A stretch of DNA of 64,000 bases from Takakia lepidozioides (lineage: Eukaryota; Plantae; Bryophyta). Shown in pieces: positions 14,801 through 27,400 of the stretch. Location of the stretch: the NCBI GenBank assembly GCA_030704615.1, contig CM060734.1, positions 40,548,001 through 40,612,000 on the forward strand, given 5' to 3'. The notes beneath the pieces are model-generated. The model was not told the DNA's origin and ran no database searches. It was given only the letters and a program-made list of their open reading frames with translations. Numbering within the stretch: position 1 is the first letter of the stretch; the number at the start of each line of letters is the position of its first letter. The position numbers and the translations under genes are program-made.

Positions 14801-15603
14801 TGTTTAAAACTATCCTCTTTGGGACCTATCCCCTGTCTTGTATTTATTCTCTACAGTGCTAGAAACTTGGTGAAACAGAAAAAAATAAAATAAAAATATA
14901 TACTAAGTCACTTTTTGGAGCCATTCATTAGGGAACTTCAAACAGCTTTTGTGAATGGATTTGAAGTTGAGTAGGGATACCCATCGAAGTTAATTTCTTG
15001 ACACCTTCCACAGTGTGAAGCAGAAGCTACAATTCGGTACTACTCTTCCTATACACTATTCATTTTTTGAAGTTGAAGTAATTAAGTTTAACAGTTGAAT
15101 AGTTAAACATTTCATTATAATATTGAGATGTTTCACTTAAACTATTGAAATGGTCATTCCAATGGCCCATTTGAATTATTGAAATGACCATGAAAAATGG
15201 TCAATTTGAACTATTGAAATGACCTTGCAAAAATTTCAGTTTTACATGTATTTCCTTGTCCAGCAAACAATATACATGTATTACAGATGTTTCAAATCAA
15301 GGTTATTCCCACAATAGTTCAGAAACAGTGTTGGAGAAAACAGTGTCATAAATTATGTACTGCATGTATTTTTACGTTAGGGTTAGAAAAATATCCCAAA
15401 TGCATTCCTAAATGAATATTAGGTCTAGCAAATTATTGCAAGTTTTTACTTGACATTTTATTGGTGGAAAATTATAGAGTTACATGTGCCGAAGAGTATA
15501 GAGATGTCATTTCAAGATATCGAACGCTGCTACAAAGTTACAACAATGCGCACTCCTTAGTGGTATAGTGTTTAATTCCAAACACATCTTCTACATCCAG
15601 TAC

Positions 15604-15691
15604 CATGTTGAAGAAACTTGGGCTATCTTTGGAAATGGAAGTACATACATGTTGAAGAAACTTGGGCTATCTTTGGAAATGGAAGTACATA
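15604..15691. repeat. Tandem duplication of ~44 bp
   Basis: CATGTTGAAGAAACTTGGGCTATCTTTGGAAATGGAAGTACATA x2. Confidence 0.95.
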
Positions 15692-16199
15692 TCGTTTACA
15701 TCGAAGTTGTTGACAATCGAAGTAGAAAAGAACAAACCAATATACCATAAATTGATTACCCAACTCAAAGACAAAATGAAGTTGGGAGTCAATTATACGA
15801 AGTTGGGAGATTCCAACAGTTGATAAACCAATTATGGTTCTAAAGAGGAATAACTTGTTATATGATGGCGAACTACAACTACTGGATTTGATATAATGAT
15901 GTTCAACTTATTTATATCCCACACACTTTGGACCAATTTGAAGGGGACAGTCTTCGTAACATGATGAATTAATATTCTAAGATGGCGCCTTATCTAGGCG
16001 TCGATCAATTTTTTGGATCATAATTTAAAACAACGTATTTTCTGTACATTAGTATATATTTTACTGGGTTCAATACAAAATCATAGTAAAAAAATCATAA
16101 AGAAAATAGAATCCTAGCAATAGCGGAGAGTAGCTATCGAGCAAACAAGAATGGATGACAACTTCTTCTTCAACAAGCCGTTGGGGAGTCGCTACAACG

Positions 16200-16500
16200 A
16201 TATGTTCCAAGAGTTACAGGAACACAACTTTTGGTTTGTGGACAGTGCTCTAGAGGCTACATGGTATGGAGGTATGATCTAGAAACCAACGATTTGCCTT
16301 CAGGGTTAAGAATGATTCAGGATCGATCTCTTTTTGGATCAACAAATGTAGGCAAATATGCCTATATTACTGGAGGATCTTACCAGCAGACGACTCTCAA
16401 GACAACACAACAACTCGCTGTTTCAAGCATGGTGGCCTCTCCTGGACATCAATATAGCACGGAAGATTCAATTGGAGCACAAGGGTTAATATGGACCGTT
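16200..16500 (+). pseudogene. F-box/kelch-repeat protein fragment (SKIP11-like)
   Basis: TGTQLLVCGQ...VWRYDLETN...MIQDRSLFGSTNVGKYAYITGG matches plant kelch repeats; no start codon or F-box, and it degenerates afterwards. Confidence 0.75.
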
Positions 16501-17095
16501 GGATGCTAATCAATCGAGGGTGGCAATCCCACCAGATGATATCCATGGATGGAATATCATCCATTTGAATTTCAAGTGAATCATGTACCAAACTTAAGTT
16601 GGTCATCTATTCCTTGGATGAAATCAGCGGAAGGATGCAAAATCAATGGCTGGATGAAATCTAGGGATAGAACTACGGATGGATGAAATTACAATATGGA
16701 TGACCAGGTCAATGGATGGATGAAAACAAGTGGCTCAATGTGGTCCGTTCAGATGGAGTGCGCAGATTTGAAGGATTAAAATAATATATCTTTTATATTA
16801 TAATAATAGGTATTTTAGAACAATGGATTAAATATTCTCCTGGGTATGGGAGAATACATGCACCTTAACAAAGTCATTGGTGTGTTACTATTTTTGAAAA
16901 GATATTAGTTTAGACTAGATCTCATCCGTCCGTCGAATCGACAGTGAGGAATGTCAGAAGGACGAAGGAGGAAGCCGCAGATGCTGCTATAAAGCAACCC
17001 CGTTCTAGACCAAAGAGTCATAAATCTAGTTCTCTTCTTCACGCTCTCTTCTTCTTCTTCTCTCTCTCTCGCTTTCTCTCTCTCTTGCTCTTTCT

Positions 17096-17162
17096 CAAAT
17101 TGGGCGCGGGGTCAATGGCCACAAGACTATGGCAAACAACGTCTTATGAGTACAATCTCTCT
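17096..17162 (+). mobile_element. LINE family B 3' end in a CT-rich tract
   Basis: GGGGTCAATGGCCACAAGACTATGGCAAACAACGTCTTATGAGTACAATCTCT, shared with several other loci in the window. Confidence 0.85.
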
Positions 17163-18589
17163 TGCTCTCTGGCTCATACTAGGTAGTTTAGTAGAGGTAG
17201 TTCAGTGTCTCTCACCTGGAGGTACACCAAGTTGTAATGGGTGTGATGCTTAAATGTTTATTTAATTGATATTTTGCAGCAGTACTGCAGCCTATCGTCG
17301 TTCGTCTCTCACGTCTCAGATCATTGGTATGTGCTGGTGCCGAGTGGAAGTAATTTGAGATATTGACCAGTATTTTTCAAGAGGTGTTGAACTCTAGCTC
17401 CTGAAATTTCCTTTGATAAATTCAGATTAATTTATGTGATTTCCAGGACAGAGTGGGACAGTTAGAATGTGATCGTATTAGCGGCAGGAGGCGGGAGTAC
17501 ATCCTCTCCCCTATTTTTGGTGGTCCTGTTGGCTCTTAGTTATCAGGTCTCAACAATAAACTTTGCTGCCCTAGCCGTGTGGCCGTGGACGCCCCCTGAC
17601 ACCCCTTCACAACCCCCCCTCCATAGAAATGACATTACTTCCTCAATGAAGTGCTCTGAATTACCATCATGAGGATCGAGGTAGTAAGATCACTGTCATC
17701 AAAGTAAGTTATGAGGCAGTCATGGACTTTGAATAAAGCTTGGTGGAACTAATTGTGCTTCATGATTTCAGAAGGATAAACGGTGGTCATGTGAGGCAGG
17801 CTGTAAGGGTGATGAAGTGCAAGTATGGATGGTGTGTGAATAATGGAAATATGAATGTGTGGATTTTCTTTTTAAAATAAAAAGTGAAGCGTGAGATCTC
17901 TTCGGTTGTAAGTTTTGATGTATTTTGAACGTTCTAATAGTGTTTATTGGGATAAGATAATGGGTGTTAGTAGAGACGTGTATCTGATGTACTATAAACC
18001 ATCCTAAGGCCAACGTCCCGTTGGCTACTCTTTATCCCTGTAGTTAGTTTTGATTGTTTTATTTTCAGGTCCCTATTGTAAGATCTATAAATAATTATAC
18101 AGTCCTACTAGTGTTAATGAATCTTTAAGCACTTTCCGGTTAGGAGATTCGTCTATGCGCGTGTTCAAGTCCTTCCGCCGGCACTTCCCTCTTGTAGTTA
18201 ATTTTACTTTTCTAAGAGTGTCAGTTGATGGGATATATATAGAATTGCTTAATTGGCTATTCTTTACTTACATAAATTAATTGGGATTAGTATAAACTAA
18301 GTAAATAAATATATCTATCTTTTAAATTTGAATATATATACAAACACAAATATTCACAAAGAAAATAAACATCAAGATTGATTGGCAGAAATTAAATTTT
18401 GATGTTTGCCTAATAAATACTATTTGCTTTTGAATATCTCTCTTAATATATATACATCTAGCATCATAATAACTCTTTATACTGAGGATAATTATACATT
18501 TGTATTAATTATCTCTAGAATATTAATTCTTGAAGACATTAGGTAAATATTAACCGTTGGATACCAAATTACAAACGCAAAACTTATAA

Positions 18590-18592
<3 letters not shown>

Positions 18593-18625
<33 letters not shown>
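18593..18625. repeat. (TA)n microsatellite
   Basis: Perfect TA run. Confidence 0.95.
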
Positions 18626-18627
<2 letters not shown>

Positions 18628-18687
18628 CTTAGAATTTATAATACATCCACTAGAGTTAGGCGGTGCCTTCGGGACCTAACCTAGCTC

Positions 18688-19287
18688 TGTCTAACAAGAA
18701 CCTAGATTAAAAATGGAATCATTAATGGGGTACATTAATGGTTGACAGTAGGCGTAGGCCGGAGTGGAATTGATGGTGTCACAGCCTAGATTAGCAAAGG
18801 TCAATTATGGGCTTAAGCAAGCCATAAATAGTAAACATATAAGAAGTGCTTTAAGCAAAGCCATATACAGTAAAAATATATATAGACTTAAGCAAAGTTA
18901 AGATTGGCAAAAGTCTAAAAGAAGGCTAGAGCCAAGTAAAGCAAAAAGTAAGCTTTAAGAGCATGAAGGGATATCAGGAATAGCTACAGCCTGGATATCT
19001 TAAGAGCAAGGGGGTGAGACCTCAAAGGGTACTTAAAGGGGATCTGGTGCTAAGTCTGAGGAGGAGAACACAGTCAGAGAATAGAAGGATAAGTAGTCAG
19101 AGAGAGTGTGATGATCAGACGTGGTTACTCTGAGTCTTGAGAGAGCAAAGCAGTCTTAGCATCAAGAGGGATTATGTACTCTTTAGCAAGAGAAGTCTCT
19201 AAGGTTGGGAGGTTATCTTGCTCAGAGGTGGCTTAGTTGTTAAGTATTTTCAATAAGAGGTTTGATCGTTACAAATGGCATACGAGG
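18688..19287 (+). mobile_element. Possible LTR followed by a PBS-like motif
   Basis: TGTCTAAC...GTTACA followed by TGGCATACGAGG, loosely like an initiator-Met tRNA PBS; no second LTR seen. Confidence 0.3.
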
Positions 19288-19371
19288 TCCAGAGAAGTCA
19301 GTAAGTCATTGCTATTCTAGCAAAGTTGCCTAGCCACAAGCAATGAATGTCGCCCAGTATTCAAGTGTGAA

Positions 19372-20378
19372 GATCACTAAAAATGCAGAAGTTGTGTTTC
19401 GAGGGTTATGAAAATATCGCATAGTATATGTGGAAAGGTGTGCGTACTCATTTTGAACCTCATGTGGTTACATAATTTGAGGTCAAATACATTTAGTCAG
19501 TAGCATTCGGATTGGTATTTATGGTCAGAAAGCTCCAATGCATTTATTACATATGACAAAATCTACCTATGTTAAGTTACATGTAAATATAACATATTCA
19601 TATTGTGCGATGATTATGTGGGTGATATGTGAAAGTATTGACTCAAGGTGGAGAATTCTCGTTAATATGTAAATTTGATACTAACCATACTCTGCGATCT
19701 TTGTACGGTCCGAAACCTTATCTATTATTGATATTCCCTACAAATTATAGATTAGGGATGACTTTAGAGTTAACAAAAAAACAATGATAGCTAGAGCTAT
19801 TAACCAGCTTAATAGGGAACCGGGACTGACTTTGTGGTATACACATGATAGATATCATAAAGGCAAACAAGACGAACAACTTCCTTTATGGGCCATGAAG
19901 GCACACGGAGTTAGTGTGTATTTCAAGGTCACTTCGGGTTCCTATTAAGCTAATTAATAGCTCTAGTTATCACTGCATTTTTTTGTTAACTAGAGCCATC
20001 CCTAATCTATAATTTGTAGGGAATATCAGTCATAGAGGAACATGGCAATGTTCTATGTGCTAAGGTTTCGGAACATACAGTATCAAATTTACATATTAAT
20101 GGATGAACTATAATTCTCCACCTTCAATACTTTCACATTTCATCCACATAGTCATAGTACAATATGAATATGTTATATCTACATGTAGCTTAACATAGGT
20201 AGATTTTGTCATATGTTAATAAATGCATTGGAGCTTTTTAAATACCAATCCAATTAAATGTATTTGACCTCAAATTCTATAACCACATGAGGTCCAAAAT
20301 GAGTCCGCACACCTTTCCACATATATGATGCAATATTATCACAACCCTCGAAATACAACTTCTGCATTTTTAGTGATC
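19372..20378. repeat. ~1 kb imperfect inverted repeat (foldback)
   Basis: GATCACTAAAAATGCAGAAGTTGT... pairs with ...ACAACTTCTGCATTTTTAGTGATC, with pairing continuing inward to about 19870. Confidence 0.95.
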
Positions 20379-21509
20379 AAGCTCCGCAAACCTAACAATG
20401 CAATAAGCCCTCGAGGCATCAATCTATTCCATTTCTAAACCATCATATCAACATTTGTTGGTATTTGGCTCGGACGCAAATAGTGGGGGTTGGCCAACTC
20501 TATGTTATAATGGCAGGCCCTCGTGGAAGAATCCACATACCCAACACAAACACCCTCCACTCTGACCTCAATATACCCCTTGCACACATCTCAAAGAGCT
20601 TTATAGACGTACATCTTACATCTCCGACCAATATTACCAACAAATTCAAACTCGAAACTAATCAACCCGCAGCGCGGTCCCCTCTTTATAGGGCCCACCC
20701 TGGCTCTTCGTTACGCCAGCTCTGGCCAGAAACATCTCTCTCTCTCTCTCTCGGTATTTGGTAATCAAGTTGGTTGACAATTTCCCTTTTTTGAAAGTTG
20801 AACATCTTTGTTGATCTCCAAGCCATAACTGTAGAAAGACTGCATGGTTTGATCAAGTGACCAGTAGAAGCAAGAAGCAATACATGCCTGGAATGTGGTT
20901 CTGAAAGTCCACAATTTCACAGCTACTACAATACTTTTGGTAAGATTCCCAACATCCTCCACATGATAGAAGGCTACATTGTCTCTCTCTGGTGAGATTG
21001 CCATTTCCCAGTCAGAACCAGTGCTGAATGGTTATTAGAATCCCTGATGTTATTTATCAGGTTATCAATAAGGTTATCAACCAGAACCAGTTCAGGCTAC
21101 GAAAAATCAAATATCCTATTGTTATCTATAACCAGTAGGGAAAGAGTATCATAAAACCTTACTGCCCTCCTGCTCCTGCAGTTATCTAAAAAGACAGCCC
21201 ATGCACCTTACCTTACTCAGAAGCTGCTGCACAAATATGAAGTATCAGAATCTTGACTTTTTGGAAGAAGCAGGTTTGTTTGTGCAACAGATTTACTTCT
21301 TTTTTTCAATAGAGTTACTACACTAGTTATCAATGCTGATATCCACAGTAATCATCCCCTTATTGCCTGACAAGCCATCCAGAGGTAAAAGATGTTGCAG
21401 TTAGTGGGTAAGGATTTAATTGTCATAAAGTTTTTCTGCCTCTCAATCGCGATGAGCCAGTAGCGTGTGGCCCCCCTCCTCCTCTCTCCCCAGATCGAAC
21501 TTCATCAGA

Positions 21510-21987
21510 CTACAGACCTCTCTCTCTGACTCAGGGCAGGAAGCCTACCTTTGAACAGCAAACAGAAGCAGAGAGGAAAGGGAGAGTGCAATTGCCCGTT
21601 ATGTGGGCAATCTGAAGACAGTATTCATTTTCTGATACACTGTCCGGGGTTCTCTCACCAAAGAGACGCTCTCTTCAAATCTATCAAGGGAATTGTGCCT
21701 GTACCCCTGTTTACCAACTTTGAAAGTCTCGAGGCAGAGCCAAAAGCCCAGGCCCTCCTGAGGCCTAGTTTTTGGGCAAATCACACACAGCAGATTGATG
21801 CTTGTGTGAAGGGATTTCTACAGGATATCTGGAAAACCCGGATTAATTCTATATATCAAGGTAAGTCTTACTGCCAACGTTAGCCCCTGACAGAGGTAGG
21901 TTCTGTCCCTTTTGTTCCCGCTCAAACCGGGTGCGGGGTCAATGGCCACAAGGCTACGGCAAACAACGTCTTATGAGTACAATCTCT
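21510..21987 (+). mobile_element. LINE family B (RTEX-like), 5'-truncated
   Basis: ORF with CCHC motif CPLCGQSEDSIHFLIHCP followed by the conserved 3' end ...ATGAGTACAATCTCT. Confidence 0.85.
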
Positions 21988-22706
21988 GACATTACCTTTG
22001 ACAGTGAAACAACTCACAACACTCGAGATGTTTTTTAATTCCCATGTATACCAAGCAATGACACTCTGCACGTGTAAGAGTGCTGTGTGATGTCCAAAAA
22101 GGGGTCATACCAAATTGACACTAGCCTTTATCCTCACCTGCTCTGCTGAAATTGTGTAACCACTCACTGTTCCTTACCTCTGGAGATGGAAGCAAGTTCC
22201 TCAACAAGAATGCAATATTGTGGGCATTTTGTCCCAAACTAGTTGTAGAAGCAGTTATAGAATCTAGTTTTCAGAACTTCTGATCAGTCATTCCATAGTC
22301 GTCTGGCATGGATAGCTACCACAGAAAGCTACAAATGCTGTTGTTCCTTCACGTCTGTGTTAGCTCTTCACAGGATTCATGAGATGGATGAAAGCTATGG
22401 GCAGGAACAAATCTGGCAAAGTACTTTGCTAAAGGACAAGCCATACAACTTCGAACGATCTCAATGCAAACACATCCCCAAACCCCTGCTCCCCTGTACT
22501 TATGCCAAGTACTAGGAGATTATACCTCGAAGTGATGTAGACTTGCAAGGCTACTCGCAATAATTTGCTTACTAACAGTCAAAATTAGAAGAATTATGGC
22601 AAATTAGCAAATACATATGGTATATCTATGTTCAAGTCTTCAAGTTCCCGAAGGCTGATATCCTTGCCTGAATGGCAGCGATGGAAGTATTTGTAAGTGC
22701 GTGCAT

Positions 22707-22708
<2 letters not shown>

Positions 22709-22743
<35 letters not shown>
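22709..22743. repeat. (AG)n microsatellite
   Basis: Perfect AG run downstream of the zinc-finger gene. Confidence 0.95.
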
Positions 22744-22748
<5 letters not shown>

Positions 22749-23009
22749 GTCAATAAGGACAAGCTTTAGCAAGATGAAACTCACACGTAGCCCTACGGCA
22801 AAAATTGCTACATACCTCCATGCTTACGATGATTCTAACGTTCAAAGGGTTCTATCAGAGAACATCCCAGAAAACAAAATTCGGTGACTGCAAGCCGAAC
22901 AGAAAATACAATTGACAAGGGCAGTCGTACACTCAGAAGCTAGTATTTCGACTATAAACTCCATATGATGGAGCACATTCTTAGTTGACACAATTTGTGA
23001 TCGAACTCA

Positions 23010-23246
23010 CTACTTTTTGAGATGAGGAAAACACGCCCCGAGGTCGACCTTGGGATGCTTAGCTTCCGCATGTTCTTTGCACTTGACCTCGCTTGTGGTG
23101 CACATAAAGGTCTGCATGCACACCTTGCACTGTATGGTCATGGCCTTCTTGTTGGAATCTAGCTGGCTGCCTTTACCAGCCTGCTTTGCTTTCTCAGCAT
23201 TCTTTTCCCGGGCCATCTTCGCTTTCTGTCCATTTCCTCCTCCCAT
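23010..23246 (-). CDS. Small 4F5/ZNF706-like C2H2 zinc-finger protein (At2g23090 family), 78 aa, intronless
   Basis: MGGGNGQKAKMAREKN...GKGSQL...IQCKVCMQTFMCTTSEVKCKEHAEAKHPK. Confidence 0.93.
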   Translation of the reverse strand: MGGGNGQKAKMAREKNAEKAKQAGKGSQLDSNKKAMTIQCKVCMQTFMCTTSEVKCKEHAEAKHPKVDLGACFPHLKK

Positions 23247-24452
23247 GCTGCCTCGTATATCAGGGGTCAACTCCAACGGATCAAATTTTGTCTCCGCAAT
23301 CGTTATCCCTCTCAAATCTTCTCACTCGGCCCTAACGTTGACTATGCAGAGCCTATCCATTGCAAATCGCTTTACAAAAGATCTGGCAAGAGTGATGGTG
23401 GAGCGAATTTGGAAACCCTAAACGGTTCTGCTCTGCGAGCCCCTTTTACGTGTTGCTTGGCACTGACGCTTTAGCCCTGATTTGGGCACCATACCTCAGC
23501 TATGGTATTAGGCTAGGAGGAGCGGCTGGCCTCGGCACTATGCCCCGAGCGGCTGGCCCAGTGTTTTTAAATCTAGCGAAAAATTGCCAGATTTCGAGGG
23601 TCGGCTACTTTTATAATGGAGTTGTGGGAGTAAAAATCGAAAATTTCCAGGTTGACTTTAAAAAAACAAAAATCAAAATTTCGCCAGAAACAGGAGACAG
23701 AATTGTCGTACGTGGACCTGTTAAAATGTGACACTTGCTATATAGCCACTTTTCTAGGCCTGCCACCTCGTTATTCTCGCCACATGGGCACTGGATAGAA
23801 TTTACATGTAGCCTTTGTGGCGATTTGGGAAAAGTGAAGAAAAAAAGTGTTTCTTTTTCATATATGGGAAATAACAGGAGTGGCTACTGAGTTCTGCAGG
23901 AAATAGCCATATTTTCTGTTCATCCACTGAAATTTGGACAGAATCATCCTCTTCTGTACTTTCATCCATTTATATCATCCATATTAGGAGAATTCATCCA
24001 AGATTTATAGATTTTTTGGAGAATTTTGGCGATTTCATCCATGAGAAAATAGGGAATTTACGACAGAATATTCTATTTTCTTTTTTGAGGTCGAAAAAGT
24101 GCGAAATTTCGCCACAAATAAAAACGCCGCTGGCCACGTTTTGATTGGGTTCGGTTCTACCATAGTTGAGGTGTGGAATAGGCTCGGAAAGCAGCTCGTG
24201 GAGGTTCGGCGGTCCATGCAGCTTGGGGCGACCGTGGCTCCACACCTTCACAGATGGCTCGCTCAAACTCCAAACTCCAGACATTCAAAAGCGAGGGCGC
24301 GGGGTTTTTGGCAAGGGTTTGAGGGTGGTGGGGTTTACGAGCATTGAGGTCAGAAATGGGTTGGTTTCCGCGATCGTTATACACAGTCGAGGAACGCACT
24401 GCCGACAGGTAGTAGACGAAAGCGGGGGAAGACAGAAAGAGAGGGAGAGGAG
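23247..24452. promoter_or_regulatory. Divergent promoter region shared by the zinc-finger gene and KTI12
   Basis: Head-to-head ATGs 1.2 kb apart; telo-box AAACCCTAA at 23413; MITE in the middle. Confidence 0.55.
23559..24129. mobile_element. hAT-type MITE
   Basis: CAGTGTTTTTA...TAAAAACGCCG termini, flanking GCTGGCC duplication, internal TTCATCCA and TTTCGCCA motifs. Confidence 0.6.
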
Positions 24453-27400
24453 ATGGCGCTCGTGTTGATGTGCGGGCAGCCATGCAGCGGTAAGTCGACC
24501 GCAGCATCCTGTCTCATCAAAGCTTTGGGCTCGTCCAGCATGTCTGTCACTCTCATCGATGAACCCTCCCTCAATCTCGACCGCAATCACAGCTATCATG
24601 GTGCCTCTCTTTCCTTCCCTCTGTGTTTTTTTAAAAAACTGATCACGTTTCCTACGGCAGCACCGCAATGCTAACACAGTCTAAAGAGTACACACTCACA
24701 CACACGCAAAACTATGCAAAACTATGATACGTGTCCGGTGGTCACAAGGCTGTGGCTACATTCCTCAGGACAGACCCAGACCCGCTTCTTATGAACAAGC
24801 CCTAGATTCCGGCACATACAGTCCATTGCTATATGTTACTATTTCTCCTTCCTGTGCAGATGGAGGGTAAAGTCCGCCGTAAATTTAGAGAAAACAGTAG
24901 ATTCCCTCTTGAATTTCTCTCTTACATCAACACTTCTGCCTAGTTTTCTGGTAATATATATGAACAGTAGGATCACCAACACCCCTTACTCCTAAAAACC
25001 CAAAATCTAAGCTGTGTGAACACCAGGGTGAGTCCGTCTCTCTCTCTCCCTCTCGCTCTCTGCTCCCTCTTTCCTACACATGTCTTGGTGTTGAGTTTTT
25101 CTCCAGTTGTAACTGGGATGTGCATGTACCAAAAGTGGTTCAAACAGCTAAATGCAAAGCTTTGGGTCTCACTCAAAATTTTCACTGCACATGGATTAAT
25201 ACTGAGGTTCCAAGGACCATGCTTTGCAACTTTATGAGGCCCACCTTGGAGTAGTCATCTGCCATGTGGGATGGCAACTGCAACCATTCTAAAACTTTAG
25301 AATCCATTCAGGTTTCAGTGCTCAAAGAGAGCATGTTAGCGTGCTCTAGAACAGCTAATGTGGCTGTTCAGGGTGAGTTTGGTGTACATCACTTGAGCTC
25401 CTGACTTGATGAGTTCAAGGTGAGATCGTGGGTCAGTTGAATGGCAAGCCTAACCAAAGATGACCAACTTTATTTCTTGGAAGCAAGACCGTCCTATTAG
25501 ACTAAGTCCTGGCGGAGATTTTCAAGTACCAGAATATTAGGCAGGATTGCCCTGCTAGATGAAGCTGACTTGGAGGTTGACGTGTCTAAGGCCATTTCGG
25601 AAGCACGAAGAATGTCCAAACAAAACAAAGTTAGGCATAAAACTTCCCTGAAGTTGTTTCCAGTTTGTGACGTGGGTGATGACCTTAAGGATGATCTGAA
25701 GGGCCAACCCACCCTCGGCACCAGACTGAATTTAATCTCAGGGCGGGGATTCTTCCTTTGAACTAAAAACAGATGCAGAGAGAAAAGGGAGATTGTCAAT
25801 GCCTGATGTGCGGGCGGCCTGAAGGCACTCTATCTATTTTCTGATACAGTGTCTGAGGTATTCTCATGAGAGAGCAACCCTCTTCAGGACCATCAAGAAT
25901 AGTCTCTGCACCTCTGGTCGACGACTTCTAAAATCTCAAGGCTGAGCCTAAAGTCCTGGCCCTGTTGGTCTAATTGCTGGGCAGCTTCACACAGCAGATT
26001 GATGCTTGTGTGAAGGGATTTCTAGAGGAAATCTGGAAAGCCCAAACTAATTGTTTTATGTCAAGGTAAGTCCCACCACTGGAGTGAGCCCCTCACAATT
26101 GTGTACTCCCTCTTGTTTCGCCCAAACTGGGCATGGGGTCTATGGCCACAAGGCTACTGCAAACGCGTAATGAGTACTTTCTCTCACACACCCAGAAAAT
26201 AGGATTTTGGATATCATTTTCTGGCTGTCCTAGACTCTAAAACTGAAGAGTGGAGAGTGCTGTTTTAGGCTATTCGACGTAGGTTCTATTTACAGGATGC
26301 CTTCTGATTCTGTAATTACAGATATGCCCAGTGAAAAAAATTTACGAGGGTTGTTGAGATCTGCGGTGGATCGGATGGTATCAAAGGACACCATTGTCAT
26401 TGTTGATTCCCTCAATTATATCAAGGTATTGGCCTCCTAGGCTGCAGACTGTTTTACATAAGTCGCTTACTGTTAGGATACTATAACCATAGTATTGTTG
26501 ATCTGTTTGTATTTCTACTCTCGGCCTATGTTTGATCTTCCACTCGAGGTTGCACGAGCTGTGGCCTAGGAACATTGGCAAGCCCTTAGTGGAAGAGTGG
26601 GATGGTGTTGAGATGGAACTGCTCAACTACTAAGAGGTACCGAGTAGTCTTAATACAGCAAAGAACCAGTGTAAGTTACTCTGGCAGTAACAGTTATTGA
26701 GCTCTGATGGAGTTGATTGTAGTGGTGGAAATGTAGGGCTACAGATATGAGCTGTGGTGCTTGGCTCGTGCTGCTGGTATCCGCTACTGTGTGGTATATG
26801 TCCATTTTGCTCCTTTCTGTTTTTAGCATCCTTGCATTTTGGAATTCATGTGGAGTGAATCAATCCAGGATTGCTTCTCTATCAAGTCTTGAGCCATTTC
26901 AAATCTCTCTCTTCCTCTTACTTCGTTTACTTCTCATTCCCCTCCCTCCATCAAGTATTTTTGGATGGCCACATCATCATAAAATCATTCTCAAAATTTC
27001 CCACTTTTACCCCATCTACCTATACTGAACATTAGGATTCTGAGAAAATAGAGTATCCATGATAGACGGAAGTAATAGTGTTAACTTGTGATTCTTTAAG
27101 ACCTTGATGTGCTCCTTCATTTTGTCCCTCTTTCCTAGTGCGTGGACTGAACATATGTTCCCCAGTTACATTGTGATGCAGGTGAGCCTGAGTGCCGTGC
27201 GTGGAATCAAGCTCGGCAACAGCAGGGCCTTCCCTCATATGATGACAAACTGTGTGGTTGCTCCCCATCTGTTCCAGTTTTCTCACTTGCGCGCCTGCTC
27301 CTCTGCTTCTTTTTATATTTGTGTGTGGTGTCCATGCTCTTCCTCTTACACCTGAGTCTTTGGCTCTTCGTGTCTTCCTTTCATCCACCTACCAAGAAGT

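Noticed and set aside
17233-18223. Solo LTR (TG...CA)
   Set aside because: No TSD and no second copy in the window
18650-18684. Helitron 3' end (hairpin plus CTAG)
   Set aside because: Not followed by T and no definable 5' TC end
21935-21985. Hammerhead ribozyme in the LINE B 3' end
   Set aside because: CTTATGAG only resembles CTGATGAG; no correctly placed GAAA core or stems
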